Source: Eledone cirrhosa (Eukaryota). Taken from it: 64,000 nucleotides of DNA. Position 1 is the first letter of the stretch, and each line of letters opens with the position of its first letter. This document shows, in pieces, positions 62,201 through 64,000 of this stretch. Where the stretch lies: contig OZ024741.1 in assembly GCA_964016885.1 (NCBI GenBank), positions 161,758,001 through 161,822,000 on the forward strand, read 5' to 3'. The notes beneath the pieces are model-generated. The model had not been told where the DNA came from and ran no database searches. It saw only the letters and a list, made by a program, of their open reading frames with translations. Both the position numbers and the translations under genes were made by a program.

Positions 62201-63649
62201 GTTAAAAATTGCCATAAAATCTTTCCAGTTGGTTACACCTGGCTGTTAATAATTAAATACTACAGAGGATATAATAATTCACTATTGCAAGCAATGGATG
62301 GAGTGTGGAATTATGGAAGATTTGATATTATTCAGTGTTAAGTTCAATTTCTCCTACAGTAAGTTACTTATAATATGATGATTTCTGATATAATAATAAT
62401 TAATATATATATAATTCTAGCAATAGCCATAATAATAATGGTCATCAGCAAAGAAAAAAGAAATATGAGGCACATGGCTTAGTGGTTAGAGCAGTGGCCT
62501 TGCAATCGAAAGGTTGTGAGTTCAATTCTCAGACCGGGTGATGTGTTGTTTCCTTGAGCAAGACACTTTATTTCACATTGCTCCAGTTTACTCAGCTGTA
62601 GAAATGAGATGATAGGGACTGGGGTCCCTATCATTCCACTGCAAAGTGGTCGTGGAGGTGCCACGGCAAAAAAGCACCCAGCACTCACTGTAAAATGAGG
62701 TTGGTGTTAGGAAGGGCATCCAGCTGTAGAAATCAAGCCAGAATCAGTTCCCATCCCACCCTTGCAAGCAGGAAAAAAGTGGACGTAAAATGAAATGATG
62801 ATGATGAATAGTTAAATTCCTTCTCCAAGAAGATCTTTCTTCCAACTGTTTAATGTAGCATCCTACCATTTTTTATGAAAAAAAAAAAAGATGAACATAT
62901 TGTATAATGTTGTCTGAGATAAACTGTTTCTGAAAATAAAAATAAAAATTGATGGTCATGGCTAGAAACCTTTGATCAATTAGAGCTGACCTTTGCCTAA
63001 ACAATATCAAGAATTCTTTAGCCTTTTCATTGCCATATTTCTGAGAAAATAAATGAATAATTTGGAGGGATTTACTCAAATTATTTTAAGATGGTATTTA
63101 TAACATGACAAAATGGTTTATATATAAAATTATGTTGCAAGATTTTAATTTAAATAGGAGTCTTTTAAATATATGGTTGTGTTGCATAGATTCAGAGGTG
63201 GTTTTGGGTGGGTTGGTGTAAAAAGAGTTAAGTTCTCTCGAATCACAAGATATTTCATGGAAACTAAAAATGTGAAATAGACTTAGAGCTTAACCCTTTT
63301 TCATTTAAACCGACCATACCCGGCCAGATTCTCTCACCTCTTTCTGTTCAAACCAGCTGTAACCGGCCACTTATACTGACATTAAGGTATTTTTCTCAAA
63401 ATGAATAATGTTAAAATCTCATAGATTCAATAATATGTGAGATAATTATGTGAGGTAAAGTGTTTACTGTGAAAATACAATAGTAAATATAGAGTAATGT
63501 AAATGCTAAAGGGTTAAGCGGTTAAGTACTGTCTCATCCTTTTTGTGTGTATCCCCTTCACTCTCTTAAGCTAATTTATTAATTTCAGTAATCCTAACCT
63601 TGTGATATACTGCTGTGACTTCTCTTCCAAAGCTATTGATCTCGTTAAG
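47150..63649 (+). CDS. METTL2: METTL2-like tRNA N3-methylcytidine methyltransferase, exons 1-5 (3' part beyond the window)
   Basis: Exons 47150-47268, 56174-56265, 58002-58408, 61056-61105, 63589-63649 with compatible phases. [56 protein letters not shown] and [14 protein letters not shown]. Confidence 0.93.
50640..51030 (+). mobile_element. HERO/NeSL-like non-LTR restriction-like endonuclease remnant
   Basis: [21 protein letters not shown]...[13 protein letters not shown]. Confidence 0.55.
51364..53640 (-). mobile_element. Degenerate RTE LINE with an expanded repetitive 3' UTR
   Basis: RT fragments at 52448-53640 ([28 protein letters not shown]); (GAT)n tail near 51367. Confidence 0.88.
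51560..52300. repeat. Diverged GC-rich minisatellite of about 60 bp inside the RTE 3' UTR
   Basis: Recurring GGGTGGTCCCACTATGAG...GGCCAGTTGGCTGCACCA...CCTTACTCATA blocks. Confidence 0.75.
53675..54100. repeat. Minisatellite of about 40 bp built from GT/GA microsatellites
   Basis: Recurring CATGGCATGTGTATGTGTGTGG...GAGAGAGCAGTC. Confidence 0.85.
56174..56265 (+). CDS. METTL2: METTL2 exon 2
   Basis: cccag| [15 protein letters not shown]...EKQ |gtaag. Confidence 0.92.
57200..57915 (-). mobile_element. Old RTE LINE fragment
   Basis: Minus strand matches the RT region of the other copies ([19 protein letters not shown]). Confidence 0.75.
58002..58408 (+). CDS. METTL2: METTL2 exon 3
   Basis: [15 protein letters not shown], then an acidic linker, then YRLFE |gtatgt. 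Confidence 0.92.
60877..62465. repeat. Perfect 91-bp inverted repeat pair (60877-60967 and 62375-62465)
   Basis: Base-by-base reverse complement match by eye. Confidence 0.9.
61056..61105 (+). CDS. METTL2: METTL2 exon 4 (SAM-binding motif I)
   Basis: tccag| [16 protein letters not shown] |gtaagt. Confidence 0.92.
62466..62810 (+). mobile_element. tRNA-derived SINE with CCTTGAGCAAGACACTT core and an RTE-derived 3' tail
   Basis: A-box TGGCTTAGTGG, B-box GTTCAATTC; the tail matches the RTE 3' UTR and (GAT)n. Related heads at about 21152 (+), 28935-29065 (-) and 35090. Confidence 0.82.
63290..63517. mobile_element. piggyBac-type MITE
   Basis: TTAA ends, same family. Confidence 0.8.
63589..63649 (+). 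CDS. METTL2: METTL2 exon 5
   Basis: tttcag| [20 protein letters not shown] |gtaaga. Confidence 0.92.
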
Positions 63650-63689
63650 GTAAGAATACATTCTGTTCTATACTATACTTGTTACCTTA

Positions 63690-63980
63690 GAGACATGTTG
63701 GATGAAGAGGATGCATTAGACTGCAACTGTATCTAGAGTGAGATATCCATGGAAGAAATTCCAGGAACTGAGTGTTATGCTAATGAGGAGGAGAGTGTTG
63801 CTGAAACTGAAAGGAAAAGTGTTTGCTGCTTATGAAGTGCATTGATTTATGTGATTGAGATAAGGGTTATGAATATGGAGCAGCAGAAAAAGCTTAAAGA
63901 ATGGAAATGAGAATGGTGGAGTATCACTGAGGGAGATGAACACAAACATTGAATTACAGGGGATAATGGTAATAAAACCA
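63690..63980 (+). mobile_element. Old RTE LINE fragment
   Basis: RVRYPWKKFQEL matches RVRTGWKKFREL of the intact copy. Confidence 0.55.
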
Positions 63981-64000
63981 GCGATGTATGTTGGGAAGAG

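Noticed and set aside
62466-62545. tRNA gene
   Set aside because: The A/B boxes belong to a multi-copy SINE head, and there is no intact cloverleaf.

Overview
AT-rich, repeat-dense animal genomic DNA with GT-AG spliceosomal introns. The repeat complement (RTE LINEs with (GAT)n tails, CR1-type LINEs, tRNA-SINEs, (TA)n microsatellites) suggests a coleoid cephalopod such as Octopus; this is inference. Two intron-rich host genes can be rebuilt by hand on the + strand with consistent exon phases: a FLACC1/ALS2CR12-like coiled-coil gene (13 exons, 4993-41147) and the first five exons of a METTL2-type tRNA m3C methyltransferase (47150-63649, continuing beyond the window). Introns and the intergenic gap hold a frameshifted CsRn1/Kabuki-like Ty3/Gypsy element, many RTE and CR1 fragments, Helitron, CRE-like and HERO-like remnants, TTAA piggyBac-type MITEs, SINEs and minisatellites. 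The most interesting signals are non-coding: (i) a 420-bp tandem-plus-inverted repeat carrying three minimal type I hammerhead ribozyme motifs (retrozyme or Penelope pLTR architecture); (ii) a hammerhead with a very long stem II downstream of a Naiad-like Penelope GIY-YIG remnant; (iii) a third, degenerate hammerhead family; and (iv) a perfect 91-bp inverted repeat bracketing the SAM-motif exon of METTL2. All family assignments come from motif recognition by eye, not database searches. Most short ORFs in the supplied track are spurious.
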